Assembly: GCA_963815115.1 (NCBI GenBank) | Contig: CAWFFN010000005.1 | Location: 1,024,001-1,088,000 of the forward strand | Direction: 5' to 3' | Source of the DNA: an uncultured delta proteobacterium | GTDB lineage: Bacteria; Desulfobacterota; Binatia; DP-6 | Length of the DNA: 64,000 nucleotides | Shown: one piece after another, positions 1 to 13,769 of the stretch | How the letters are laid out: the number at the start of each line of letters is the position of its first letter | How positions within the stretch are numbered: the first letter of the stretch is position 1 | The notes under the pieces: model-generated | Database searches by the model: none | What the model saw: only the letters and a program-made list of their open reading frames with translations | Told to the model about the DNA's origin: nothing | Made by a program: the position numbers and the translations under genes

Positions 1-124
1 ATTCCTAGCCTGACGACGGGTGGGGCGGCGCATGCGCTGCCCCACCCGGAGTGTACCCTCGGGGCGGGGCGGCGACGGTCGTCCCGCCCCGAGCACGTTC
101 GATCGCCGCGCCGCCCGCGAGCAG

Positions 125-520
125 TCAGTCCTGCCGGCCGCGCAGCTCGATGAGCTCGATCTTGTAGCCGTTCGGATCTTCGATGAAGGCGATCGTCGAG
201 CCGCCATGCTTCATCGGCCCGGGCTCACGCGTCACCTTCGCCCCGCGCGAGCGCAAGCCGTCGACCATCTCGTGGATGCCTTCCACGCCGAGGGCCACGT
301 GGCCGTACGCGGTGCCGATCTCGTAGTGCTGCGTGTCCCAGTTGTGGGTGAACTCCAGGACGGTCTGCTCGCTCTCGGGGCCGTAGCCGACGAAGGCGAG
401 GGTGAACCGCCCGGTCGGGTAGTCCTTCTTCCGGAGCAGCTTCATGCCGAGCACGTCGCAGTAGAAGCGCAGGGACTCGTCGAGGTCGTTCACGCGCAGC
501 ATGGTGTGGAGCAGCCGCAT
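125..520 (-). CDS. gloA: Lactoylglutathione lyase (glyoxalase I)
   Basis: [10 protein letters not shown]...FTLAFVGYG...LEFTHNW...YGHVALGV...[16 protein letters not shown] is typical of Ni-type GloA; start moved to the ATG at 520. Confidence 0.95.
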   Translation of the reverse strand: MRLLHTMLRVNDLDESLRFYCDVLGMKLLRKKDYPTGRFTLAFVGYGPESEQTVLEFTHNWDTQHYEIGTAYGHVALGVEGIHEMVDGLRSRGAKVTREPGPMKHGGSTIAFIEDPNGYKIELIELRGRQD

Positions 521-543
521 GGAGGTCGGATATAGGCCGATCG

Positions 544-1437
544 ATGCCGAGGGTCGAGTCCCCGCGCGGCCCTGCACGGGCGGCGAGTCCGCGGGTCAGG
601 CGGCGTCGGCCCGCGATCGCGGGCATCGCCCTGATCGCCCTGGCGATCGTGGGCGCCGCCTGCGAGCGTGCCGCCTCGGAACGGCGCGACGCGGGCGTCG
701 CCGCGAGCGCGGGCTGCCGCGCGGGGAGCCTGCCGGCAGCGAACGGCGCGCGGCAGGATCTGGAGGGTCGCACCTACCTCGTCGACGCGCCGGCTGCGCC
801 GGCCGACGATCCCCTGCCGCTGGTGCTTGCGTTCCACGGCTTCCGGAGCAGCCCCGACGATCTGCGCGCAGGAACCGGGCTGTCGCAGCTGGCCCGGACG
901 GAACGCTTCATTGCCGTGTACCCCGAGGGCCACGACGGTGTGTCACTCCTGGGCACCACCGGGCGCGGCTGGGATTTGCGGCCCGAGCAGACGCTCGACC
1001 GGGACTTCGTTCGCGCGCTGCTCGATCGGCTGCAGGGCGAGCGCTGCATCGACCGGCGCCGCATCTTCGCCACCGGCATGTCGAACGGCGGATTCTTCTC
1101 GAGCCTGCTCGGCTGTCAGCTCGCCGACCGGCTCGCGGCCGTGGCGCCGGTGGCGGGGGCCCTGGACCTCGGTACCTGCCGCGCCGCGCGGCCGGTGCCG
1201 ATCCTCCTGCTGTACGGGAGCCGCGATCCCATCGTGGCGCCCGACATGGTCGCGGGCGCGGTCACCTGGTGGGCCGAGCACAACGCCTGCCGCTCATCGG
1301 CGCCGAGCGACGGTTGCACGCGCTGGAGCGGCTGCGCCGCGGACGTCGTCGCCTGCGAGGGCACGCAGGGACACGCCTGGCCCTACGACGCCAGCGAGCG
1401 CATCTGGCGGTTCTTCGCCTCGCAGGCGCGTCCCTGA
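544..1437 (+). CDS. Alpha/beta-hydrolase esterase, PHB-depolymerase/LpqC-like, probably a lipoprotein
   Basis: [14 protein letters not shown], nucleophile elbow GMSNGG, C-terminal GHAWP; hydrophobic leader ending VGAAC. Confidence 0.8.
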   Translation: MPRVESPRGPARAASPRVRRRRPAIAGIALIALAIVGAACERAASERRDAGVAASAGCRAGSLPAANGARQDLEGRTYLVDAPAAPADDPLPLVLAFHGFRSSPDDLRAGTGLSQLARTERFIAVYPEGHDGVSLLGTTGRGWDLRPEQTLDRDFVRALLDRLQGERCIDRRRIFATGMSNGGFFSSLLGCQLADRLAAVAPVAGALDLGTCRAARPVPILLLYGSRDPIVAPDMVAGAVTWWAEHNACRSSAPSDGCTRWSGCAADVVACEGTQGHAWPYDASERIWRFFASQARP

Positions 1438-1485
1438 GCCATTTTCGATTGACAGGCGAGGGAGGGAGCACGTAGCTCGCTCTTC

Positions 1486-3105
1486 ATGAGGCTGCGCTAC
1501 GCTCGGCTCGTTCTCGCAATCGGCCTGCTCGCCGGCGCCTCCGTGGCGTCCGCCCGCGTGGTGCAGCCCTTCCCCTCCCACTTCCGGTGGGGGACGGCCA
1601 TCAGCGGCTTCCAGTCGGAGATGGGCGTCGGCGCCCCGGCCGATCCGACGACCGACTGGTGGGTCTGGGTTCACGACGCCGCGAACGTCTCGAGCGGCCG
1701 GGTGAGCGGCGAGCTGCCCGAGTCGGGACCGGGCTTCTACGATCTCTTCGCGCGCGACGCGGTGCTCGCCCGCAAGGGCCTCGGCAACGACACGCTTCGC
1801 CTCGGTATCGAGTGGAGCCGCATCTTCCCGACGTCGACCGCCGGGATCGATGCGTCGGGTGGCTTCACGCCGGCGGTGCTGGCCGCCCTCGACGCGATCG
1901 CCGACCCGATCGAGGTGGAACACTACCGCGAGGTGTTCGCGGCCCTGCGCCGGCGCGGGCTCGAGCCCATGGTGACCCTGAACCATTTCAGCCTGCCGCT
2001 CTGGCTGCATGACCCGATCGCCGTCCGCGACGCGTTCGCCGGAGTGAATCCGCTCACCGGCGGCGTCCCGCCCGGTCTCGAGCGGGCGGGCTGGCTCGAC
2101 CCCGCCATCGTCGGCGAGTTCGCGAAGTTCGCGGCGTACGCCGGCTGGAAGTTCGGCGATCTGGTCGACCTGTGGTGCACGATCAACGAGCCCGTCGTCA
2201 TCCTGGTGAGCGGGATGGTGAACGCGCCGGGGGTCGGAGGGAACTTCCCGCCCGGCATCTTCAATTTCGCGGCCGTGCTGCAGGCGATCCCGCAGCTCGT
2301 GACGGCCCACGCGCGTGCCTACGATGCGCTGCACGCCACGGACGACCTCGACGCGGACGGCGACGGAGTCGCGGTGGCGGCCGGGGTGGTGCACAACATG
2401 GTCGCCTTCGCCCCCAAGGACCCCGGGAATGCCCTGGACGTCGCCGGGGCGGCGCACGCCGACTATCTCTTCAACCGGGTCTACCCGACGGCGATCACCT
2501 CGGGCGCGTTCGACGCCAACCTCGACGGTGACACGAGCGATCCGGGCGAGCAGCGGCCCGACCTCGCCGGCCGCAGCGATTTCCTGGGCGTCAACTACTA
2601 CCTGCGCGCGACGGCGACGGGACTCGGGTTCTCGGTGACGCCGCTCGTGCCGCTCTTCGATTTCCTCCCGACACAGTCCTACCAGACGCCGCAGAACCCG
2701 AGCGCGCCGCCGTGCCCCACAGTCTGTACGGACTTCGGCTGGGAGATCTATCCGCCCGGGCTGCGCGAGGTGCTCACGTTCGCGGGCTCGCTCGGCGTGC
2801 CCCTCTACGTCACCGAGAACGGCATCGCCGACGCGGCCGACGCAAAGCGCGCGCAGTACATCTTCGACCACCTCTCGACGTTGCAGGAGGTGATCGCAGA
2901 CGGCACCGCCGACGTCCGCGGCTACTTCCACTGGTCGCTCACCGACAACTTCGAGTGGTCGAGTGGCTACTTCCCGAAGTTCGGGCTGTACGCCTACGAC
3001 CCGGCCACCGGGAAGCGGCACCGCCGAGCCAGCGCGAAGGTGTTTCGGGCCATCGCCCGGCACCACGGCATCACCTCGAATCTGGCCAGGAAGTACGGCT
3101 CCTGA
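1486..3105 (+). CDS. Glycoside hydrolase family 1 (beta-glycosidase) with signal peptide
   Basis: FRWGTAISGFQSE, acid/base TINEP, nucleophile VTENG, HWSLTDNFEW; N-terminal signal peptide ending ASA. Confidence 0.92.
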   Translation: MRLRYARLVLAIGLLAGASVASARVVQPFPSHFRWGTAISGFQSEMGVGAPADPTTDWWVWVHDAANVSSGRVSGELPESGPGFYDLFARDAVLARKGLGNDTLRLGIEWSRIFPTSTAGIDASGGFTPAVLAALDAIADPIEVEHYREVFAALRRRGLEPMVTLNHFSLPLWLHDPIAVRDAFAGVNPLTGGVPPGLERAGWLDPAIVGEFAKFAAYAGWKFGDLVDLWCTINEPVVILVSGMVNAPGVGGNFPPGIFNFAAVLQAIPQLVTAHARAYDALHATDDLDADGDGVAVAAGVVHNMVAFAPKDPGNALDVAGAAHADYLFNRVYPTAITSGAFDANLDGDTSDPGEQRPDLAGRSDFLGVNYYLRATATGLGFSVTPLVPLFDFLPTQSYQTPQNPSAPPCPTVCTDFGWEIYPPGLREVLTFAGSLGVPLYVTENGIADAADAKRAQYIFDHLSTLQEVIADGTADVRGYFHWSLTDNFEWSSGYFPKFGLYAYDPATGKRHRRASAKVFRAIARHHGITSNLARKYGS

Positions 3106-3158
3106 GGTCGTGGCCCACCGCGTAGGTCGTTCAATGCGCTGAAACTCTGTGGATATTT

Positions 3159-3180
3159 ACGTTCAGGCTTGACTGTTTGT
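3159..3180. promoter_or_regulatory. Imperfect palindrome, candidate TetR operator overlapping a TTGACT -35
   Basis: ACGTTCAGGC-TT-GACTGTTTGT in an AT-richer patch just upstream of the TetR gene. Confidence 0.4.
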
Positions 3181-3204
3181 GTTCGGTCTGCTACGTCTCG
3201 CGGC

Positions 3205-3837
3205 GTGGGTCAGGCGGTAGCCGAGCGGGTGCGGCGCACCCAGGCCGAGCGCAGCGCGGCCACGAGGGCGCGTCTCCTCGATGCCACCCTCCAGTGCGTG
3301 TGCGACCTCGGCTACGCCCGGACCACCACCCCGGAGATCGCGCGCCGTGCCGGCCTGTCGCGCGGCGCCCAGCTTCACCACTATCCCACCAAGGCCGAGC
3401 TGGTCGCGGGCGCCATCGAGCACCTCGTCGAGCGCCGCAACCGCGAGTTCCGCGAAGCGTTCGCCCGGGTGCCGGCGGGTGCGGATCGCTATGCCGCGGG
3501 CATCGACATCCTGTGGTCGATGCTCTGCGGTCCCACGGCCGATGCGTGGCGCGAGCTCGCCCTGGCTTCGCGGACGGATCCCGAGCTGCGGCCACGGGTG
3601 GCGGAGCTGACGACCTACATGCGCGAGGTGGTCGAGCAGACGTTCCGTGACCTGTTCCCGCAGTCCGCCGCGGACAACCCGTTCTTCGCCGTCGCGCCGA
3701 GCTTCGTGCTGGCGCTGCTCGACGGCCTCGCCGTGGGCCGCGTCGCGAGCGGTGACGACGCGCACGCCGCGCAGGTGATCGACGCCCTGAAAGCCCTCGC
3801 CCGCCTCGTGATGCCGCCGGCATCCAGCGCGCCGTGA
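3205..3837 (+). CDS. TetR/AcrR family transcriptional regulator
   Basis: RRTQAERSAATRARLLDAT...TTTPEIARRAGLSRGAQLHHYPTK helix-turn-helix; start (GTG 3205) uncertain. Confidence 0.92.
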   Translation: MGQAVAERVRRTQAERSAATRARLLDATLQCVCDLGYARTTTPEIARRAGLSRGAQLHHYPTKAELVAGAIEHLVERRNREFREAFARVPAGADRYAAGIDILWSMLCGPTADAWRELALASRTDPELRPRVAELTTYMREVVEQTFRDLFPQSAADNPFFAVAPSFVLALLDGLAVGRVASGDDAHAAQVIDALKALARLVMPPASSAP

Positions 3838-3851
3838 GGAAGGAGACGACC

Positions 3852-4868
3852 ATGCCGACCCCTAGCGGAGCAATGCTCGGCACCGCCTACCTGGTCCCCG
3901 AGGAGGAACGGCGCCACCCCGCGCGGCGGGCCCGCTCGGAGAGCTATCCGGAGCTGGTGGCCCGGCTCAGCCAGCAGTCGGTCGTGAAGCACTTCGACGC
4001 CTACGCCGACATCGCCTGGGACAGCCCCGAGTTCCACATCGACCCCGACGATCCGCGCTGGGAGCTGCCGCCCGACGACGTGCTCGGCGCGACCGAATGG
4101 TACCGGAGCCAGCCGCCGGGAGTTCGCTCCCGTCTCGGCCTCCACATGATGGCCACGTTCATGAAGATCGGTCTCCAGTTCGAGGGAGTGCTCAAGCGGG
4201 GCCTGCTCGAGTTCGCCCTGCGCCTCCCCAACGGCTCGCCCGAGTTCCGCTACGCGTATCACGAGGTCATCGAGGAGGCGCAGCACTCGCTGATGTTCCA
4301 GGAGTTCGTCAATCGCACGGGCTACGACATCGGCGGCCTGGCGTGGTGGCAGCGTGTGGGCGCCCGGCTGGTGATCCGCCTCGGCCGCGTCTTTCCGGAG
4401 CTGTTCTTCGTCTTCGTCCTCGGCGGGGAAGACCCGATCGACCACGTGCAGCGCACGGCCCTGCGCAGCGGCCGGGAGCTGCACCCCCTCCTGCGCCGCA
4501 TCATGCAGATCCACGTCACCGAGGAGGCCAGGCACCTCTGCTTCGCGCGTAACTATCTCCGCGAGCACGGCGAGCATCTCGGTCCCGTCGGGCGATTCGG
4601 TCTGGCCCTGGGGGCGCCGCTCATCCTCGCCCTCATGGCACCGCTGATGATGCGGCCGTCCGAGCACGTCGTCCGCACCTACGGCATCCCCCGAAGCGTG
4701 ATCCGTGAGGCCTATACGCACAACCCGGCTCACCGCTCGCGCGTGCACGAGGCGCTCGGCAAGGTACGCGACCTCTGCCTCGAGCTCGGTCTCGTGACGC
4801 CGGTGTCGCGGCGTCTCTGGCAGGTCCTTGGCCTCTGGGAACCGGTCGGGCTCGGCCTCACCGCCTGA
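3852..4868 (+). CDS. AurF-like ferritin-fold diiron oxygenase
   Basis: Diiron ligand motifs QFE, HEVIEEAQH, GEDPID, HVTEEARH; RBS AAGGAG before ATG 3852. Confidence 0.88.
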   Translation: MPTPSGAMLGTAYLVPEEERRHPARRARSESYPELVARLSQQSVVKHFDAYADIAWDSPEFHIDPDDPRWELPPDDVLGATEWYRSQPPGVRSRLGLHMMATFMKIGLQFEGVLKRGLLEFALRLPNGSPEFRYAYHEVIEEAQHSLMFQEFVNRTGYDIGGLAWWQRVGARLVIRLGRVFPELFFVFVLGGEDPIDHVQRTALRSGRELHPLLRRIMQIHVTEEARHLCFARNYLREHGEHLGPVGRFGLALGAPLILALMAPLMMRPSEHVVRTYGIPRSVIREAYTHNPAHRSRVHEALGKVRDLCLELGLVTPVSRRLWQVLGLWEPVGLGLTA

Positions 4869-5005
4869 TCGCGCCAGCAGACTCGATTCACCCTTGACGG
4901 CCGCGGCCGATGCGGCGTAGCGTCCTCTTCCACGGGGAGCGAGTGCCCAGCGCACGGCCGCTGCTGGTGCGCTCGCCGGCCGCGGCCGGCCCCGGAAGGG
5001 ACGAC

Positions 5006-6604
5006 ATGGCGCGGATCGCGTTCATCAAGGTGTTCACCGGCCTCCAGATGGGGGTGGCGCAGCTCTCCGGAGAGCTGCAGCGGGCCGGCCACCAGAGCTT
5101 GATCATCTATTTCAAGGACTACGTCTTTGCCCCCGATGCCGAGCGCGAGCAGTACTGCCAGAGCGAGCTGGGGGGTGCCTACGTCGCTGCCCGCGGCAAG
5201 CTCGTCAACGGCAACCTGTACAAGGCGTTCAGCGAGGCCGAGTACGACCTGCTGGTCGACACGCTGAAGCGGTTCAAGCCCGATCTGATCGGCTTCAGCC
5301 TCTGCTCGGTACCGCTCCGCGAAGTCGCGCAGGTGACCGAGCGCGTCCGCGCCGCGTTCCCGGGCCTGCCCGTCATCTGGGGAGGCGTCGGACCGACTCT
5401 CGAACCCGATCGCTGCCTCGAATGGACCGACATGGTCTGCGTCGGCGAGGCCGACGAGTCGATCGTCGAGATCGCCGAGCGGTTGGACGCCGGCGCGTCC
5501 CTCGTCGGCGTCCCCAACGTCTGGGTGAAGCAGGCGAACGGAGAGATCGCCAAGGGTTCCAACCGCCCGCTGATCGACGTCGACCGGACCGCCATGCCGG
5601 ACTACGACCGGTCGCGCTCGGTCTGGATCAACGACGACCGCCGCGAGTGGAACGTCTACCCGCACAGCATGGCGCGGCAGTACCACATGATGACCCAGCG
5701 CGGGTGCCCCTACTCGTGCTCGTTCTGCGTCGAGAGCTGGTACCAGGACCAGCACGGCAAGTCGGCGTCGCTCCGCCGCATGTCGGTGGACCGTGCCCTG
5801 GAGGAGCTGCGCATCGCCAAGGAGCGCTACCAGCCGCTCGGGGTCATGTTCTACGACGACGTCTTCACGGTGAACCCGCGCTGGCTGCGCGAGTTCGCCC
5901 CGCGCTACAAGGAGGAGATCGGGCTGCCGTTCTGGTGCTACACGTACCCGCGCTCGACCCGCAAGGAAGACATCGAGCTGCTGCGCGACGCCGGTTGCGT
6001 GTCGATGACCATGGGCGTCCAGTCGGGCAGCGATACCGTGCTTCGCGAGTACAACCGCCCGGTGGATGGAGACATCAGCATCCGGGCGGCGCAGATCATC
6101 GTCGATGCCGGCATCCAGGGGCTCTTCGACCTCATGACGATGAGCGAGTACGAGACCGAAGAGACCTGCCGCGAGACCTTCGAGTTCCTGATGCGCTTCC
6201 CGAAGGGGATGAAGACCGTCGGCTTCTATCCGATGAACCTCTTCCCGAACTACAGCTACACGCTCAAGGTCCAGGCGAGCGATCGCAAGCCCGCCTTGAC
6301 TCCCGAGCAGTACGAGTACTGGCACAAGCTCTACCTGCTGACCCGCACGGAACTGCCGCGCCCGCTGGTCCGCGCCCTCAGCCGCTCCCGGCTCGTGCGA
6401 CGGTTCCCGCGCGTTCTCGAGCCGCTCCTGCCCGACAAGCTGCCGTTCTTCTGGCTCGACAACGGCGCCATGGATCTCGAGAACGCGACCCTCAAGCTGA
6501 CGGACGCGAGCGGGCGGGTGAGCGGTGAAGAGGAGATGAAGGTCCCGGAGTGGTTGCGCGCGTCGGCCAAGGCTCCGACCGTGGAGGCGCGACTCGACGC
6601 CTGA
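5006..6604 (+). CDS. B12-binding-domain radical SAM protein
   Basis: N-terminal PDLIGFS...IWGGVGPT...CVGEAD Rossmann-like domain; RGCPYSCSFC CxxxCxxC; FYDDVF; MGVQSGS. Confidence 0.9.
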   Translation: MARIAFIKVFTGLQMGVAQLSGELQRAGHQSLIIYFKDYVFAPDAEREQYCQSELGGAYVAARGKLVNGNLYKAFSEAEYDLLVDTLKRFKPDLIGFSLCSVPLREVAQVTERVRAAFPGLPVIWGGVGPTLEPDRCLEWTDMVCVGEADESIVEIAERLDAGASLVGVPNVWVKQANGEIAKGSNRPLIDVDRTAMPDYDRSRSVWINDDRREWNVYPHSMARQYHMMTQRGCPYSCSFCVESWYQDQHGKSASLRRMSVDRALEELRIAKERYQPLGVMFYDDVFTVNPRWLREFAPRYKEEIGLPFWCYTYPRSTRKEDIELLRDAGCVSMTMGVQSGSDTVLREYNRPVDGDISIRAAQIIVDAGIQGLFDLMTMSEYETEETCRETFEFLMRFPKGMKTVGFYPMNLFPNYSYTLKVQASDRKPALTPEQYEYWHKLYLLTRTELPRPLVRALSRSRLVRRFPRVLEPLLPDKLPFFWLDNGAMDLENATLKLTDASGRVSGEEEMKVPEWLRASAKAPTVEARLDA

Positions 6605-6623
6605 TCCCCCGCCGGGGGACGGC

Positions 6624-6668
6624 TTGACAGCTCGGAATCCATCGTCCATCCTTATATCAGGATGGACG
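6624..6668 (+). promoter_or_regulatory. Sigma70-like promoter overlapped by a perfect inverted repeat (candidate operator)
   Basis: TTGACA (6624-6629), 17 bp, CATCCT; CGTCCATCCT-tatatc-AGGATGGACG (6643-6668). Confidence 0.55.
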
Positions 6669-6669
6669 G

Positions 6670-7608
6670 ATGATGTCCGGCCTGGTTGCGACGACCGAGC
6701 TGCTGCACCTCTTCGGTGACCCCACCCGGGTGCGCCTGCTGGCATTGCTCGCGCAGCACGAGCTGACCGTGGCCGAGCTGACCGGCATTCTGGAGGTTGC
6801 GCAGTCGCGCGTGTCGACCCACCTGGGGCGGCTTCGTGAGGCGGGGTTGCTGCGGGATCGGCGTAACGGCGCCTCCACCGTCTACGCGCTGAACGACGGC
6901 GCGATGCCGCCGGAGGCCCGCGGGCTGTGGTCGCTTCTCGAGCGCCAGATCGACGACGCCGTGCTGGCGACGGACGCACGGCGCTGCGAAGCGCTGCTGC
7001 GCGCGCGCGACGAGGGGACCGGGTGGCCGGACGCGGTCGCCGGGCACATGGAGCGTCACTACTCGCCCGGCAGGACCTGGGAGGCGACGGCACGGGCGTT
7101 TCTCGGCCTCGTTCGCCTCGGAGACGTTCTCGACGGCGGTTCCGGCGACGGGGCAATCGCGCAGCTCGTGGCCCCGCGCGCCCGCAGCGTCACGTGTCTC
7201 GATCGGAGTCCGCGCGTCCTGGGCGCCGCCCGCGAACGGCTGGCCCGGGTGCCCAACGTCCGCTACCTGCTCGGCGACCTCGAGGCGATCCCGGCCGGCG
7301 CCGAGCGCTTCGATCACGTCCTGCTGTTCAACGTCCTCACCATCGCCCGGCAGCCGGCGCGCCTGGTGGCCGAGGCCACGCGGGTCCTGCGTCGCGGAGG
7401 CGGGCTCACCCTGGTCGCGCTCGACGCGCATCAGCACGCGGACGTGACTGGCCGCTACGGCCACGTGCACCCCGGCTTCAAGCCGGCCGTCGTGCGCCGC
7501 CTGCTCGCGCAGGCCGGACTCGCGGTCGACGCCTGCGAGATCACGTCGCGCGAGCGCCGGCAGCCCCACTTCCAGGTGATCACCGCGTTCGCCCGCAAGG
7601 CCGCGTAA
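6670..7608 (+). CDS. ArsR-family HTH fused to class I methyltransferase-like domain (SahR/SamR-type methionine-cycle regulator)
   Basis: GDPTRVRLL...ELTVAEL...[16 protein letters not shown]; [10 protein letters not shown]; VLDGGSGDG; directly upstream of metH. Confidence 0.88.
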   Translation: MMSGLVATTELLHLFGDPTRVRLLALLAQHELTVAELTGILEVAQSRVSTHLGRLREAGLLRDRRNGASTVYALNDGAMPPEARGLWSLLERQIDDAVLATDARRCEALLRARDEGTGWPDAVAGHMERHYSPGRTWEATARAFLGLVRLGDVLDGGSGDGAIAQLVAPRARSVTCLDRSPRVLGAARERLARVPNVRYLLGDLEAIPAGAERFDHVLLFNVLTIARQPARLVAEATRVLRRGGGLTLVALDAHQHADVTGRYGHVHPGFKPAVVRRLLAQAGLAVDACEITSRERRQPHFQVITAFARKAA

Positions 7609-7615
7609 GGAGAGC

Positions 7616-11320
<3,705 letters not shown>

Positions 11321-11325
11321 AAGCG

Positions 11326-11352
11326 TCGACCCGAGACTTCGTCTCGGGTCGA
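11326..11352 (+). terminator. Stem-loop directly after metH
   Basis: TCGACCCGAGAC-ttc-GTCTCGGGTCGA perfect 12-bp stem, 5 nt after the stop; no U-tract on +. Confidence 0.55.
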
Positions 11353-11523
11353 AAGCTGAGGCGAGGGTGGGGCGTTCGGTGCGTCGGGCGAAGGCCGTGC
11401 CGCGGCCGGCAAAGCCGGCGCGGCAGACTCGGCCAGGCCTGCTGCTCGAGCCGACCTCGCCGCCGGCGAGCGGGCCGACGATCCGAGCTTGTTCGATGTG
11501 GGCCCGGAGGCCAACATGCGCCG

Positions 11524-12492
11524 ATGACCCGGAACGCGCCGGTCGAGGCCGCCGAGCCGGTGGGGCTCCGCGACCACGCGGTGGGCACCCGGCGCTGGAC
11601 GGCGCTGCGCCGGGCCGTTCGACGGCCGCGCCGCTTCGTCGGCGGGCTCGCGTCCCACATCGCGACGGATGGCCTCACCACGCTCGCCGCGGCGCTGTCC
11701 TACTACTTCTTCTTCTCGCTCTTCCCGTTCGTGCTCTTCGTGCTCGCGCTGATCACGTTCATGCCGGGCGTCGAGGGCCTGCAGCTCTGGCTGCTGCAGT
11801 GGCTCGCGCAGGTGGTGCCCGGCCAGGCGTACGAGACGCTCGCGGGCGTCATCAACGGACTCCTCTCGCAGCCCCGCGGCGGCATCCTCTCGCTCGGTGC
11901 CGTGCTCGCGCTGTGGAGCGCCTCGAGCGCGTTCGCCGGCCTGATGAGCGCCCTCAACGTGGCCTACGGCGTTCGCGAGCGCCGGCCCTGGTGGAAGGTG
12001 CGGTTGCTCGCCATCGGGCTCACCGTCGCGCTGTCGTTCTTCATGATACTGGCCTTCGTCCTGGCGGTCGGCAGCGGACCGCTGGCCGCTTGGGTGGCGG
12101 AGCAGCTCGGGCCGGTCGGCGGCATTGCCCTGCTCGTGGCAAACTGGCTCGTCGTCCTCGGGGCGATCACGCTGGTGATCGCCAGCGTGTATCACTTCTG
12201 TCCCGACGTCGACTTGCCGTGGCGCTGGTTCTCGCCTGGATCGGTCCTCTTCACCCTCGGTTTCGGCGCGACGACGGTGGCCTTCTCCTACTACGTCGCC
12301 CGCTTCGGCTCCTTCGACAAGACCTACGGCTCGCTCGGCGCGGTGATCATCCTGCTCGTGTGGATGTATTTGCTGGCGCTCTTCATGCTGCTCGGCGGAG
12401 AGGTGAATGCCTACCTCGACCGGGAGATGGACCAGGAGGCGGCCGCCGCGGCCGCGGTGCCGCCTGCCCCGGGACTGGAAGCAGACGCCTAG
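11524..12492 (+). CDS. YihY/virulence factor BrkB family membrane protein
   Basis: AAALSYYFFFSLFP, LWSAS...LNVAYGVRERRPWWK, TYGSLGAVIILLVWMYL...GGEVN. Confidence 0.92.
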   Translation: MTRNAPVEAAEPVGLRDHAVGTRRWTALRRAVRRPRRFVGGLASHIATDGLTTLAAALSYYFFFSLFPFVLFVLALITFMPGVEGLQLWLLQWLAQVVPGQAYETLAGVINGLLSQPRGGILSLGAVLALWSASSAFAGLMSALNVAYGVRERRPWWKVRLLAIGLTVALSFFMILAFVLAVGSGPLAAWVAEQLGPVGGIALLVANWLVVLGAITLVIASVYHFCPDVDLPWRWFSPGSVLFTLGFGATTVAFSYYVARFGSFDKTYGSLGAVIILLVWMYLLALFMLLGGEVNAYLDREMDQEAAAAAAVPPAPGLEADA

Positions 12493-13022
12493 CGCCGCCA
12501 GAGGGCGACGGCCTCGGCGAAGCGCCGGCGTTCCTCCGCGCTCTGGCCCGGGTTCAGGTCGGGATGGTTCTCCTTCAGGAAGCGCCGCCACGCCACCAGG
12601 AACCTGGTGCGCGTCACGTTCTGCGGCAGCCGTAGCAGGCGAAGCAGCTTCTCGGGTTGCTTCGCGAGGGGCTCCCTCGAGCGCGATGCGCGCGCCGCCG
12701 GCTTGCGTGTGCGCGAACGCGGCTCCGACCAGCGCTCGGCGATGTCGAGCCACCAGCGGAAGTCCCGGACCACCTCGGCGTAGGTGGGCTCCTTGCGCCA
12801 CGTCGGCGGGAACCACTCGCGATGGAGGCGGCCGAGAAAGCCCTCGAGGCGGAGAGCGAGCTCGGCGGGCATGCGGCCCTGGTAGCGCGCGAGCGCGAGC
12901 AGCAACGCGTCGGCTTCGCGCTGGTAGAAGGAACGGTGCAGCGTCCAGCGCACGTGGACCGCCTTGCCCAGCCAGGGACGAAGGCGCTGCAAGAGCGCAC
13001 GTGCGGAGGTCGCGAGTGGCAT
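12489..13022 (-). CDS. Hypothetical protein with C-terminal J-domain-like segment
   Basis: LLRLPQNVTRTRFLVAWRRFLKENHPDLNP...RRFAEA resembles J-domain helices II-III with HPD. Confidence 0.65.
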   Translation of the reverse strand: MPLATSARALLQRLRPWLGKAVHVRWTLHRSFYQREADALLLALARYQGRMPAELALRLEGFLGRLHREWFPPTWRKEPTYAEVVRDFRWWLDIAERWSEPRSRTRKPAARASRSREPLAKQPEKLLRLLRLPQNVTRTRFLVAWRRFLKENHPDLNPGQSAEERRRFAEAVALWRR

Positions 13023-13162
13023 GTGATGCCCGCCCGGACGGAGGCGAGCCTCCCGGTGATGGCGTCCGCCGAGGTCCTTGTCAACGTGACGCCGCCACGG
13101 CTCCGGACGGCGGGCGAGGCAGCGATACCGCCGCGTGACGTGTGACGCGCGGTCCTCGTGGC

Positions 13163-13579
13163 TCAGGGCCCGTCAGCACGAAGCGGGATGAGTGCGCGCA
13201 GCCGGGCGTCGCGAAGGTAGAGCCCGCCCCAGATCAGCGCGCCGATGTAGGTCGGGAACAGGACATGGCTGAGGAGCGGATTCCCGACCCGCACGTGCAT
13301 GGCGACGGCGCCACCGAGATAGCCCGTGAGCAGGATCGCGCCGAGCACCGATGTTCGCGGAAATGCGTAGGCTGCGACGCAAACGAGGAGAAGGATCCCG
13401 ATGCCGGGATTCAGATCCAACGGAAATCCGAGCTGATTTGACGCCTCGACGACGGCCGAGATGCGCGTGAACTTCACCAGGCCATCGAAGAGGAGGAACG
13501 CCAGGGCCAAGCCGGTCATGATGCGGCCGGCCCAGAGGCGCGTGTCCGCGGGGGCGGCTGTTCGAGTGCCAGACTGCAT
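13163..13579 (-). CDS. DoxX family membrane protein
   Basis: FLLFDGLVK...PRTSVLGAILLTGYLGGAVAMHVRVG...WGGLYLRD. Confidence 0.9.
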   Translation of the reverse strand: MQSGTRTAAPADTRLWAGRIMTGLALAFLLFDGLVKFTRISAVVEASNQLGFPLDLNPGIGILLLVCVAAYAFPRTSVLGAILLTGYLGGAVAMHVRVGNPLLSHVLFPTYIGALIWGGLYLRDARLRALIPLRADGP

Positions 13580-13769
13580 GAGGGTTCTCCTTCCGGCTCG
13601 CTCCGGGCGGCGCCGAGCTCTACCTGATCGACGAACGGGGGAGCGGCAAATCGACCGCACGCGCGCCTGGTCGGGCGGCGCGGGCGAGCTTCGAGCCGAT
13701 TGTCTGCGAAGTGGTCGACTCGCTCACTGCGGATGGATGACGTGACCCGCGCGAGAAAGGTCAAAGCCG

